Shown: positions 56,969 to 64,000 of the stretch, piece after piece
Layout: each line of letters begins with the position of its first letter
Position numbering within the stretch: the stretch's first letter is position 1
Assembly: GCA_902608115.1 (NCBI GenBank)
Contig: CACLMT010000006.1
Coordinates: 3,361-67,360, forward strand
Source: an uncultured SAR86 cluster bacterium
GTDB taxonomy: Bacteria; Pseudomonadota; Gammaproteobacteria; Magnimaribacterales; D2472
Direction of reading: 5' to 3'
DNA length: 64,000 nucleotides
Notes under the pieces: model-generated
Databases searched by the model: none
What the model was told of the DNA's origin: nothing
What the model saw: the letters and a program-made list of their open reading frames with translations, nothing else
Position numbers and translations under genes: made by a program

Positions 56969-57999
56969 TATTTGATACTTGCTTTGATAGCAACCCCATC
57001 TAAAAATGAAAGTGCTTCTCCAAATAAAACAAAATCATCTTTGGATTGCTTGCCATCAGCAAATGCTATCACCCCAAATTTAAAGAACGGCATTGGTAAA
57101 AAATCTTTTTTAAATCTATAAACCTCTTCCCAATCAACCAAATTATTAGAATAAAAAATTATTGAATCTTTAGATTTAACCTCGTCACCTATCTCAACTG
57201 ATGTTTGCAAAACAGCATCTCCAGATTCGAATTGCTTTGAGTACCAAACTGGTCCAGGAAAATACTGGCCTTCAGTAATGCTTCCATCTTTTCGATCAAA
57301 TATTTGAAGGTAAGCTTTTTGAATGGGGGAATCCATTACCCAAATCACTTTTTCAGGCATAAAAAATAAACTAACAGGACGCCATTTCTGACTTCCATCT
57401 CCATGCCATTTTAACTGCAAGAAATCCTGATCAGACACTTCAATAACAAAACATTCGCCATCAAAGTCACCTGTCACTACCCATAAAGATTCAGAAAACT
57501 TATCAGGATAAATACCATGAATATGCTTAATCCTTTGTTCTGTTAGCTCCTTGATAATTTTGAAATTTCTACCATCATCCCTTGATTTCCATATTGGAAC
57601 AGGGTCTCTCTTTTGATTGTGTCCATATTCGCCAAAATATATTCCATGAGATGTAACAGCTAATCCTCCATGCAAAACATTTCTACACTGCTTTAAATTA
57701 TCTATAAAATTTAACTGCTGAGTCTGTAAGTCAAAAAAGTAAATCTTCCATTGATATAAAACTACGACCCCATCTCTTTTCCAGTTAAATACAGCATTAG
57801 CTTTGTCATAACGTAAAAATCTTCTTATGATCCTAAAATTCATAAGGAATTTAATCTGACCAGGAATTAAAAAATTTATCTCTTGATTATTAGTAATAAT
57901 TGAAAAACTGTTGCCAGTACTTTTAATCATGTCCCCAGAATCACTATCATAATGATGAATGATTTCTGATTGTATTTTTTCAGAGATATTAAATATCAT
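56968..57999 (-). CDS. hypothetical protein, possibly beta-propeller-like
   Basis: 343 aa, rich in aromatic and Gly residues with beta-strand character. One Asp-box-like SRDDGRNF. TAATG 1-nt overlap with the downstream gene. No confident family assignment. Confidence 0.5.
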   Translation of the reverse strand: MIFNISEKIQSEIIHHYDSDSGDMIKSTGNSFSIITNNQEINFLIPGQIKFLMNFRIIRRFLRYDKANAVFNWKRDGVVVLYQWKIYFFDLQTQQLNFIDNLKQCRNVLHGGLAVTSHGIYFGEYGHNQKRDPVPIWKSRDDGRNFKIIKELTEQRIKHIHGIYPDKFSESLWVVTGDFDGECFVIEVSDQDFLQLKWHGDGSQKWRPVSLFFMPEKVIWVMDSPIQKAYLQIFDRKDGSITEGQYFPGPVWYSKQFESGDAVLQTSVEIGDEVKSKDSIIFYSNNLVDWEEVYRFKKDFLPMPFFKFGVIAFADGKQSKDDFVLFGEALSFLDGVAIKASIK

Positions 58000-58016
58000 T
58001 GATAATAATAAAAATC

Positions 58017-59300
58017 TTATACGACAGTTAGAAAATTTAAAAATCCTTGAACTTTTAGATTGAAGTTATCAATTGGATGTCTCCTAGTGAGATATGCAGA
58101 CCCTACATCTGCATTATTCCAGTGATAAAATCCAGTAAGCAGACCAAACATTAACCTGTAATCGGTAATAATTTCAGAATATTCATCAAAGCTATATGAC
58201 TCATCTGCACCAAATTCTTTTAGATCTCCTGAACTACAATTAAAAATAAATCTTTTATAAACTTGGTCATCAGATGTAATAGAAAAAATAAAATGATATT
58301 CCTCAGCAATTTCAGATTTGCTCTGAGCATTAGCTGAGGCTTTTTTCATTAGCCTTAAAAAATCAATTTTCTCTGGATCCATTACAAAATCTGTCTCATA
58401 GTCTAATTTTTCTGAACTTATTTCTTCTATTCTTTTTGAAATTTCTTCATGAGAATAACAAGATTCTCTTTTATTACAAACCGAACCAGAGGATAAATCA
58501 ATTGTTCCTCCAGCTTTAAGAATAATTGCTTTTGGATCAAATTGAGTAACCTCAAAGGCATCTGAAACGCCACGGAATTCATTTAAATCTGCATTGCGCC
58601 CTCCCAATACATATTCCCCTGCATATGGAAGATGGTGTCTTGCATTAAACAAATCTGTAAAAGATTTATATCTATCAAATCCTTGTTGTTTCTTATTATT
58701 AGCCTTTTCAATTAGAGTTTCTCTTTGGTTGTGAATATCAAAGTAAGTTTGGGGGTAAGGACCTGCGCCCGTGTATCCACAAGCCACAAGATCTAATCCA
58801 TCACTAAATTTATTTATTATTAATTGCAATTTTTTAACATGAGGCTTGTTAAAAACACAATCATTTAAATTAAGTACAGATTTTTTTAAGAACTTATCAT
58901 ATACAATCAATGCTGAATCAATATCAGAAATGCTGCCCATATCATTCTCTTCTATGTAAAAACTTGTATTTCCAGAATGCATAACTCTAGTTGGGGTTAA
59001 TTCCAGACCATCCGCTTTGCCTTTTAAGAAAAGATAATTTTTTTCGAAATCAGGTATGAGTATTGGCTTAGGCCCAAATTTCTCAAAAAGCTGATGAAGA
59101 AATCCTGGATCATAATGATCTGGATGTATATGTGAAACATATATGTAATCAGGCTCATCAATAAAATCAAAGGGATCTATTAATGGAAATGAAAACCATG
59201 ATCCATCGTAGATCCCTTGTGTAAACCATGGATCACACAGGATTGATACATCAGAAGTTTCAACTTGTATGCACGCAGATGAGATATATTTGACTTTCAT
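58017..59300 (-). CDS. metallo-beta-lactamase-fold protein with an unassigned ~200-aa C-terminal domain
   Basis: HxHxDH motif in YVSHIHPDHYD within an N-terminal MBL-like region. 427 aa. Confidence 0.65.
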   Translation of the reverse strand: MKVKYISSACIQVETSDVSILCDPWFTQGIYDGSWFSFPLIDPFDFIDEPDYIYVSHIHPDHYDPGFLHQLFEKFGPKPILIPDFEKNYLFLKGKADGLELTPTRVMHSGNTSFYIEENDMGSISDIDSALIVYDKFLKKSVLNLNDCVFNKPHVKKLQLIINKFSDGLDLVACGYTGAGPYPQTYFDIHNQRETLIEKANNKKQQGFDRYKSFTDLFNARHHLPYAGEYVLGGRNADLNEFRGVSDAFEVTQFDPKAIILKAGGTIDLSSGSVCNKRESCYSHEEISKRIEEISSEKLDYETDFVMDPEKIDFLRLMKKASANAQSKSEIAEEYHFIFSITSDDQVYKRFIFNCSSGDLKEFGADESYSFDEYSEIITDYRLMFGLLTGFYHWNNADVGSAYLTRRHPIDNFNLKVQGFLNFLTVV

Positions 59301-59474
59301 TGCCCTGTATTGTTTGAGTTAAGAGCTATAATATCAAAATCTTATAGATAATGATTAACTTGTTTTAAAAGTCATTCAATCCCTTATCTTTGATTTATAA
59401 AAAATATCTAGTAATAGGTAATTCTAGTCAAAAAAACTATTTTCTATATAGCTTTTTATCTCTAGCTTATAATT

Positions 59475-59744
59475 TTATTTCTCAAATTTTCCAATTTGCT
59501 CTATTAATCTTGATGCCCACTCACCTAGTATTGGTATGAATTCAATTTGCGAAAGAATAATGGTCAACAGATATACTAAAATTGTTGCGCCAATTACCCA
59601 GCCCAAACCAGATGCAAGCCCACGAATTAAACTGAAAAACGTTAGTCTCCATAACGAATCATACATCCGAAAAAAATTATGCTGCCTTAAATCAGTGATT
59701 GCTTTTTCCAAGCGCTTAATCGAATCTTGATTTAAATCCATCAT
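59475..59744 (-). CDS. small membrane protein (89 aa; DUF5665-like, from memory)
   Basis: ATG start. Amphipathic N-terminus followed by FFSLIRGLASGLGWVIGATILVYLLTIIL. Confidence 0.45.
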   Translation of the reverse strand: MMDLNQDSIKRLEKAITDLRQHNFFRMYDSLWRLTFFSLIRGLASGLGWVIGATILVYLLTIILSQIEFIPILGEWASRLIEQIGKFEK

Positions 59745-59873
59745 TTTACTCCCACTTGATATTTACTTAAGTTATTGATTTTATTACATTTTAAAACTAT
59801 CAAGAAAATTAGATAGATTTTGAAAATTCATGCTAAATTAATGACCCTAAAAACATTTTAAATTAGGCAAGAA

Positions 59874-60077
59874 ATGACAAAGAAAAACCGATCAGACAAT
59901 CTTATTTTTATATATTTTATTTTTATTTTACTATTGCCCACAAATGTCTACGCATATCTTGATCCTGGATCGGGTAGCGCATTGATTACCGCTATATTTG
60001 GTTTTTTTGCTGCTATTGTTTACACAATTAAAAAATATTTCTATAAAATTAAGTATTTTTTTACAAGAAAGGACTGA
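59874..60077 (+). CDS. small membrane protein (67 aa) with a YLDPGSGS motif
   Basis: Two hydrophobic segments and a basic C-terminus. Weak RBS. Only sizeable ORF in the 59.75-60.16 kb gap. Confidence 0.3.
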   Translation: MTKKNRSDNLIFIYFIFILLLPTNVYAYLDPGSGSALITAIFGFFAAIVYTIKKYFYKIKYFFTRKD

Positions 60078-60159
60078 ACTAATTTACGAATAAAGGTCTT
60101 GCTTTCTCGTTGTTTCTTTTTAACCAAAATGTGCCTAGGTCAGTATAGGGTGAGAATAA

Positions 60160-60810
60160 TTATTTTCTTAAATACGCAATAGAAAAGAATAATGAAAATG
60201 TACTGCTTGTTAACCAATAAATTGTTAAGCAAGATGGCATGCTATAAATTAAAGCGCAAATAATAAACGACAGAAAAATATAGCTACTTTTACCTGAATT
60301 AGTTTTGTAATATTTATACCTAGCATCAAAAAAATTAATCGTAAAAATCATGATTGGAATGATATTAAATCCAAACAATAACTCGTCTGGCTTTGATAGG
60401 TTTACAAGATTTAGAAACTCTTCATCCATTGATTGGATATTAATATTAAAAAACAAATATGCGCTTATTAAGACTGGAAAAATCACAAAGAAAGACAAGC
60501 CAGTCATCATATTTTGTATTGGGTGAAAATGATACTTGGTATAGACCTTGTCTACAGCAAAAAATTTTTCTTCACCCTTTAATGATTTTGATATGTTATT
60601 AACCTCATCGGTAATAAGGGCAATTTTTTGACTAAATAAATCCTCTTTCTTCCTTGCTACTCTTAAAATTGGTATCAATAGCAGTGAAGCAGAAATGCTA
60701 GTAAGAATTATCGAAATTCCTTGAGAATTAAAAATACTTAACAAAAAGATATAATAATTCTCAATAAGAAAGATAATTGGGCTAAACCCTATTATTAGAT
60801 AATCGTACAT
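60160..60810 (-). CDS. multi-pass membrane protein, tentatively YidC/Oxa1-family-like
   Basis: Pattern GISIILTSISASLLLIPI, then a charged coiled loop, then HPIQNMMTGLSFFVIFPVLISAY, then NLSKPDELLF, then MPSCLTIYWLTSSTFSL. This parallels conserved YidC core blocks (GxAIIxxT, lP.l.Q.Pif, DLS.PD, lP.gl.lYW). 216 aa. Confidence 0.4.
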   Translation of the reverse strand: MYDYLIIGFSPIIFLIENYYIFLLSIFNSQGISIILTSISASLLLIPILRVARKKEDLFSQKIALITDEVNNISKSLKGEEKFFAVDKVYTKYHFHPIQNMMTGLSFFVIFPVLISAYLFFNINIQSMDEEFLNLVNLSKPDELLFGFNIIPIMIFTINFFDARYKYYKTNSGKSSYIFLSFIICALIYSMPSCLTIYWLTSSTFSLFFSIAYLRK

Positions 60811-60844
60811 ATATACCTATTGAGGATAATATCCCATAAAGGAA

Positions 60845-62014
60845 TTAAATCTTATCTTTTTCTTGAATATAGCTCATCAAAAACTTTGCAGCTACCCCTC
60901 CGCTATTACCAATATTGTATACCCAGCGACTTCGAGCTTCAGCTACTTTTGTTTGCCAATCATTTTTAGATTTACCTAATTTTTTTGCAACTTCTCCAAT
61001 TTCAGAAATATCCTTAGTTGATAGAACTATACCTATTTGATCTCTTATCTGAACTTCTAAGGGTTCTATTTCTAACTCTTGATATTTTGAATTTAAGATT
61101 TTTTTTGGTACATCAACAAAAATAATTGGTCTTTCTAAACCAAAACCAAATTCTAAAGCCGCTCCAGACCAATCACTTATCATAATATCGGAACTGTAAA
61201 ATGAATCGAAAGAATTAGAGTCTAGATCAAGTTGAAAATTCTTATTATTTCCAAAAGAATCTAATAAATGAAATTTTAAATCTGGTTTAAGATGAAAGGT
61301 TCTAGGATGGGGTCTAACGATAATATTGCAATTTACTTTAAGCAAGCTCTCAATAACCTCGTCAGCAAATAATTCGAGCAATCCTTTCTCACCCCATGAG
61401 GGAGCAATGAGAACTTGAAGTGCATCACTTGAATTTTGTTTTCTAGGACCTAATTGACCACTAGCTATCAATGCATCAAGTTTTCCGTAACCATGTTGCA
61501 CCAATTCTTTACAAGGCAAATTATACAAAGTCTCTCGAGCTTTTATTTCAGCTAAATGATGAGGGCCAACACATAAAATCGAGTCGAAATTATCAAAGGC
61601 CTCAGAGCGATAAATCATATGAGTGCTAGCCAATGAATGATGAAGATAAACATATTTCACAGGATATGGAGAACGCTTAATATGAAAAGTTTGCAAATCT
61701 GGCATAGTCATAACCAGTATTTCTGCTTCGAGCCCTGCAAAAAAAAATGTTCTAGCAATACCAGATCCTATAAAAAAAGAACTTATACCTGAATGAGGTT
61801 GCGAGAGCATAGGATCAGAATCACTTGAAGTGACATAAGTAATTTCTTGATTGAAATTATTTTGTAAAGCTGTATATATATCTTTGAAATAATTCCAATA
61901 TCCACCATCTTCAACATAAAAAACAATTTTTCTTTTAGACAAAGGCAGGGCTTTAAAAGCTTGAACTCCTCTCCAGCTAGAAATACTTCTTTTCATTTTT
62001 GATGCTACTGACAT
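60845..62014 (-). CDS. TagB/TagF-family (CDP-glycerol glycerophosphotransferase-like) phosphotransferase
   Basis: VLIAPSWGEKG, IIVRPHPRT and MISDWSGAALEFGFGLERPIIFVD match the TagF-family blocks (aPTwR, HP, itDySS..fDf...kPiif). 389 aa. Overlaps the upstream cytidylyltransferase by 10 nt; the alternative ATG is at 61996. Confidence 0.7.
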   Translation of the reverse strand: MSVASKMKRSISSWRGVQAFKALPLSKRKIVFYVEDGGYWNYFKDIYTALQNNFNQEITYVTSSDSDPMLSQPHSGISSFFIGSGIARTFFFAGLEAEILVMTMPDLQTFHIKRSPYPVKYVYLHHSLASTHMIYRSEAFDNFDSILCVGPHHLAEIKARETLYNLPCKELVQHGYGKLDALIASGQLGPRKQNSSDALQVLIAPSWGEKGLLELFADEVIESLLKVNCNIIVRPHPRTFHLKPDLKFHLLDSFGNNKNFQLDLDSNSFDSFYSSDIMISDWSGAALEFGFGLERPIIFVDVPKKILNSKYQELEIEPLEVQIRDQIGIVLSTKDISEIGEVAKKLGKSKNDWQTKVAEARSRWVYNIGNSGGVAAKFLMSYIQEKDKI

Positions 62015-62787
62015 TTATCTAGATTGATTATCTCTTTGAGCGTGCCTTCATGAAAACATCTTTCATATAGCTCTAGGTCTTCTGCGGTATCCACTTCAAG
62101 CCAACCATTCTCAGTAAATGCTGCTCTAACATCAAAATCTATATCTATTAAATGTTGAAGAAAGCTTGTCATATACATATTTTCTAAATCTTTACCATCA
62201 TAAAGTCTTTGGCGATCTAATGAATGCCAGGCATCCTTGAATGGTCTAACAAAATCAGATCTCACTTTAATTAAACCAATATATTGGCCATCAATTTGAT
62301 CAAAAGATGTGGCTTTCTTACCTATTTCAATTATACGATCTGAGTTAGTTAAACTTAATGTTTCAGCGTCTGACAAAGGATCATCCATTCGGAGATCCCA
62401 AAGACGTTTCCATGACCTATCTATAGAAATACCAATTGGAGAACTACAAGCTATTAAGCTTTCTATTACTCTTCGTTCATATACTATATCTCCGTAGCAG
62501 ATTAATAAATCTTCTTCTTTCATCCAATCTTCAGCACAAAATAAAGTCGCGACCATATTTGTTTTCATGTAATTTGGGTTAAAAGAAGTTTCAGCTCCTA
62601 AGCTATCAAGGCTTTTTGCACAATAGCCACCTACCACCATAATTTCTTCCAAATTCATAGAACGTAAAACTTCAATCTGACGATGCAATAGTGGCTTACC
62701 AGCTAATTTAACCATGCATTTTGGTGTATTGTTTGTGTATGGCTTTAGTCGAGTACCTTCACCTGCAGCTAAAATAATTGCTCTCAT
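62005..62787 (-). CDS. LicC/Cj1416-like nucleotidyl (cytidylyl) transferase
   Basis: MRAIILAAGEGTRLKPYTNNTPKCMV NTP-transferase signature. 260 aa. Confidence 0.8.
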   Translation of the reverse strand: MRAIILAAGEGTRLKPYTNNTPKCMVKLAGKPLLHRQIEVLRSMNLEEIMVVGGYCAKSLDSLGAETSFNPNYMKTNMVATLFCAEDWMKEEDLLICYGDIVYERRVIESLIACSSPIGISIDRSWKRLWDLRMDDPLSDAETLSLTNSDRIIEIGKKATSFDQIDGQYIGLIKVRSDFVRPFKDAWHSLDRQRLYDGKDLENMYMTSFLQHLIDIDFDVRAAFTENGWLEVDTAEDLELYERCFHEGTLKEIINLDKCQ

Positions 62788-62796
62788 AAAATATTT

Positions 62797-63432
62797 TTAA
62801 AAAGACAAGAAAAAACTTTTTAGTAGCTTAGTGTCCAAATTCTTTGAATCGCCATTATCTCGCTCGGGATGCCACATCAACCCCAACCAAGGAAGACTCT
62901 TATGAGTGCAAGCTTCCACGGTTCCATCTTCGGCAACTGCAAGAGGTTTAAGGTCTGTGGCTAGTTCCTTTAGATTAATTCCCCATTCGTGATAACTATT
63001 TACCTTTTGATAATTTTTAAAAGTATTGTCCCCATCGATAGGTTTTATATTATGGAAATTTGCTACGTGTCCATTAACACGTGACAGTGACCCTCCAAGA
63101 AAAGTGTTCATTAGTTGCATTCCACGACAAACCCCTAAAACAGGAACATGTTTCTCTGAGGACCAAGTAAGTAAAGCGTTTTCAATTGCATCACGCTTAG
63201 GAGCAATATTTTTAGCATTATGCAGGTGAGATAGATCATTTCCTCCAGTTAAAATCAGCGCTTCAACTCCAATCAATTTTGCCCAGTTTACAGGATTTTT
63301 TAAACTATTAGGTACAGGTATTCCGGATAAATTAAGATCATCTAATCTTTTAAACCAGTTTTTATCTAAACAATCTCTTTGCTCTTTAGAATCAGCCACC
63401 ACCTCAATCCGTTGTGTAAGACCAACTAACAT
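62797..63432 (-). CDS. class-I glutamine amidotransferase / peptidase C26 gamma-glutamyl hydrolase (Cj1417-like)
   Basis: Nucleophile elbow GVCRGMQLMN and LMWHPE His-Glu. 211 aa. Confidence 0.8.
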   Translation of the reverse strand: MLVGLTQRIEVVADSKEQRDCLDKNWFKRLDDLNLSGIPVPNSLKNPVNWAKLIGVEALILTGGNDLSHLHNAKNIAPKRDAIENALLTWSSEKHVPVLGVCRGMQLMNTFLGGSLSRVNGHVANFHNIKPIDGDNTFKNYQKVNSYHEWGINLKELATDLKPLAVAEDGTVEACTHKSLPWLGLMWHPERDNGDSKNLDTKLLKSFFLSF

Positions 63433-64000
63433 TAGCTTAAAGTCCTTATTATTTTATTTGCAGGATCTAACTCAAGCTCAAAAGACTTTGCTAATGCTCT
63501 ATAGCGGGTTTCACCAATACCGAGTGCAGCAGGCAACTCAAATTCAGCTGCTCGAATTGCCATATGAGAGTTAGCACCACCAAACTTAGTAATTAATCCA
63601 GCAATTCGCCTACCAAATAACCAATCATAACCAGGGTCAGCTTGAGGAATCATAACAATGGCATTCTCTAAATCACAATCTATTGATTCTTCTTGATCTA
63701 AATTAATAACTCTGGCAGTAACTCGAGAAGAACCTACAAAATTTGGCTGTGTTGATGGATATTCAAAAAATGAAAATGCATCACGATTGCAAATTAAAGG
63801 TGGAAGCTCAATAGCTTCAACTAAAGGATGTTGACTCGATGCTAAGCTAGCTTTTTCACGCAACCACTTTCCAACATCAGACGTAATCACCGAGCCTGAT
63901 TTAATATCCCTAATATCAGCAATACTAATATGTGAGAGAAGTTCATGATTAGCTCCTTGCTCCTCTGCCCACTCACCCAATAAATCTAAAGCAAAAGACA
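63432..64000 (-). CDS. PEP-utilizer phosphohistidine-domain protein, C-terminal part only (Cj1418 L-glutamine-kinase-like candidate); 5' end beyond window
   Basis: Frame is open to the window edge. Swivel-domain motif ITKFGGANSHMAIRAAEFELPAALGIGE. The protein ends about 43 residues after the His, so there is no PpsA/PPDK C-terminal TIM-barrel. Confidence 0.75.
   Translation of the reverse strand, partial: SFALDLLGEWAEEQGANHELLSHISIADIRDIKSGSVITSDVGKWLREKASLASSQHPLVEAIELPPLICNRDAFSFFEYPSTQPNFVGSSRVTARVINLDQEESIDCDLENAIVMIPQADPGYDWLFGRRIAGLITKFGGANSHMAIRAAEFELPAALGIGETRYRALAKSFELELDPANKIIRTLS

Noticed and set aside
59301-59474. 174-bp spacer (also 15303-15467 and 36008-36169) inspected for tRNA, riboswitch or sRNA structure
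   Set aside because: Very AT-rich, with no convincing stems, cloverleaf or conserved riboswitch cores visible by eye. Most simply these are promoter regions.
61739-61747. A9/T9 homopolymer inside the TagF-like gene as a possible phase-variation switch (by analogy to poly-G tracts in C. jejuni MeOPN transferases)
   Set aside because: A/T runs of 8-10 nt are common throughout this AT-rich window, in housekeeping genes and spacers alike. The tract is therefore not distinctive evidence for phase variation.
62005-64000. Alternative reading of the cassette as phosphonate (PEP mutase / AEP-cytidylyltransferase) biosynthesis
   Set aside because: The 63432+ protein carries a PEP-utilizer swivel phosphohistidine domain, not the isocitrate-lyase/PEP-mutase fold. 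No phosphonopyruvate decarboxylase is present. The amidotransferase partner fits the Cj1417 role better.
1-64000. Search for mobile-element, CRISPR, restriction-modification, toxin-antitoxin or other anti-phage defence hallmarks, and for rRNA/tRNA genes
   Set aside because: No transposase, integrase or recombinase, no repeat-spacer array, no methyltransferase/nuclease/helicase/STAND-ATPase modules and no structured RNA genes were recognised. The accessory-looking glycan locus is not visibly bounded by repeats or a tRNA within the window.

Overview
AT-rich, extremely gene-dense chromosomal segment. Most spacers are 0-40 bp, many start/stop codons overlap, and four convergent gene pairs share stop codons. 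Gene order (leuCDB, asd/usg-like, fimV-like, truA, trpF..accD, SPOR gene, cvpA, purF) matches what I recall for Pseudomonas and enteric genomes, so this is a streamlined gammaproteobacterium. A SAR86-like marine lineage is a guess I cannot verify here. By eye I found no rRNA, tRNA, CRISPR array, transposase, integrase or recognisable defence or toxin-antitoxin genes.

Layout:
- 1-15.3 kb: core metabolism (acnB fragment, purF, cvpA, accD, trpFBA, truA, asd, leuBDC, aroC).
- 15.5-23.1 kb: an Ntn-hydrolase acylase lipoprotein, then a same-strand string of 5'-nucleotidase, thrH, queH and prpBCD.
- 23.1-30.6 kb: lexA with a perfect SOS box, topA, pyrD, galU, rhomboid, nadK.
- 30.7-47.7 kb: a lipid/terpenoid-type catabolic island. 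It holds a Zn-ADH, two paralogous tandem acyl-CoA dehydrogenase pairs, LLM and nitronate monooxygenases, GST, a biotin acyl-CoA carboxylase, an embedded TetR, AtuA, an enoyl-CoA hydratase and an HCCA-isomerase-like protein.
- 47.7-51.9 kb: prc (with an in-frame internal duplication), xthA, tadA, nitroreductase.
- 51.9-64 kb: an unusual surface-glycan modification locus.

The strongest candidate for something new is at 60.8-64 kb. A PEP-utilizer phosphohistidine protein, a class-I amidotransferase/gamma-glutamyl hydrolase and a LicC-type cytidylyltransferase sit in the order and sizes of Campylobacter jejuni Cj1418-Cj1417-Cj1416 (phosphoramidate/MeOPN donor synthesis). Here they are coupled to a TagF-like phosphotransferase instead of the Cj1415 kinase. 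Next to it are a YidC/Oxa1-like paralog, a translationally coupled MBL-fold / propeller-like / extended formyltransferase-like trio of unknown function, a NeuA-like cytidylyltransferase fused to an aldo-keto reductase, a second (SpsF-type) cytidylyltransferase and a HemL-like aminotransferase. No ulosonate synthase, classical glycosyltransferase, Wzx/Wzy or ABC exporter lies in the window.

All functional calls come from motif recognition by eye on the supplied translations; no searches were run.
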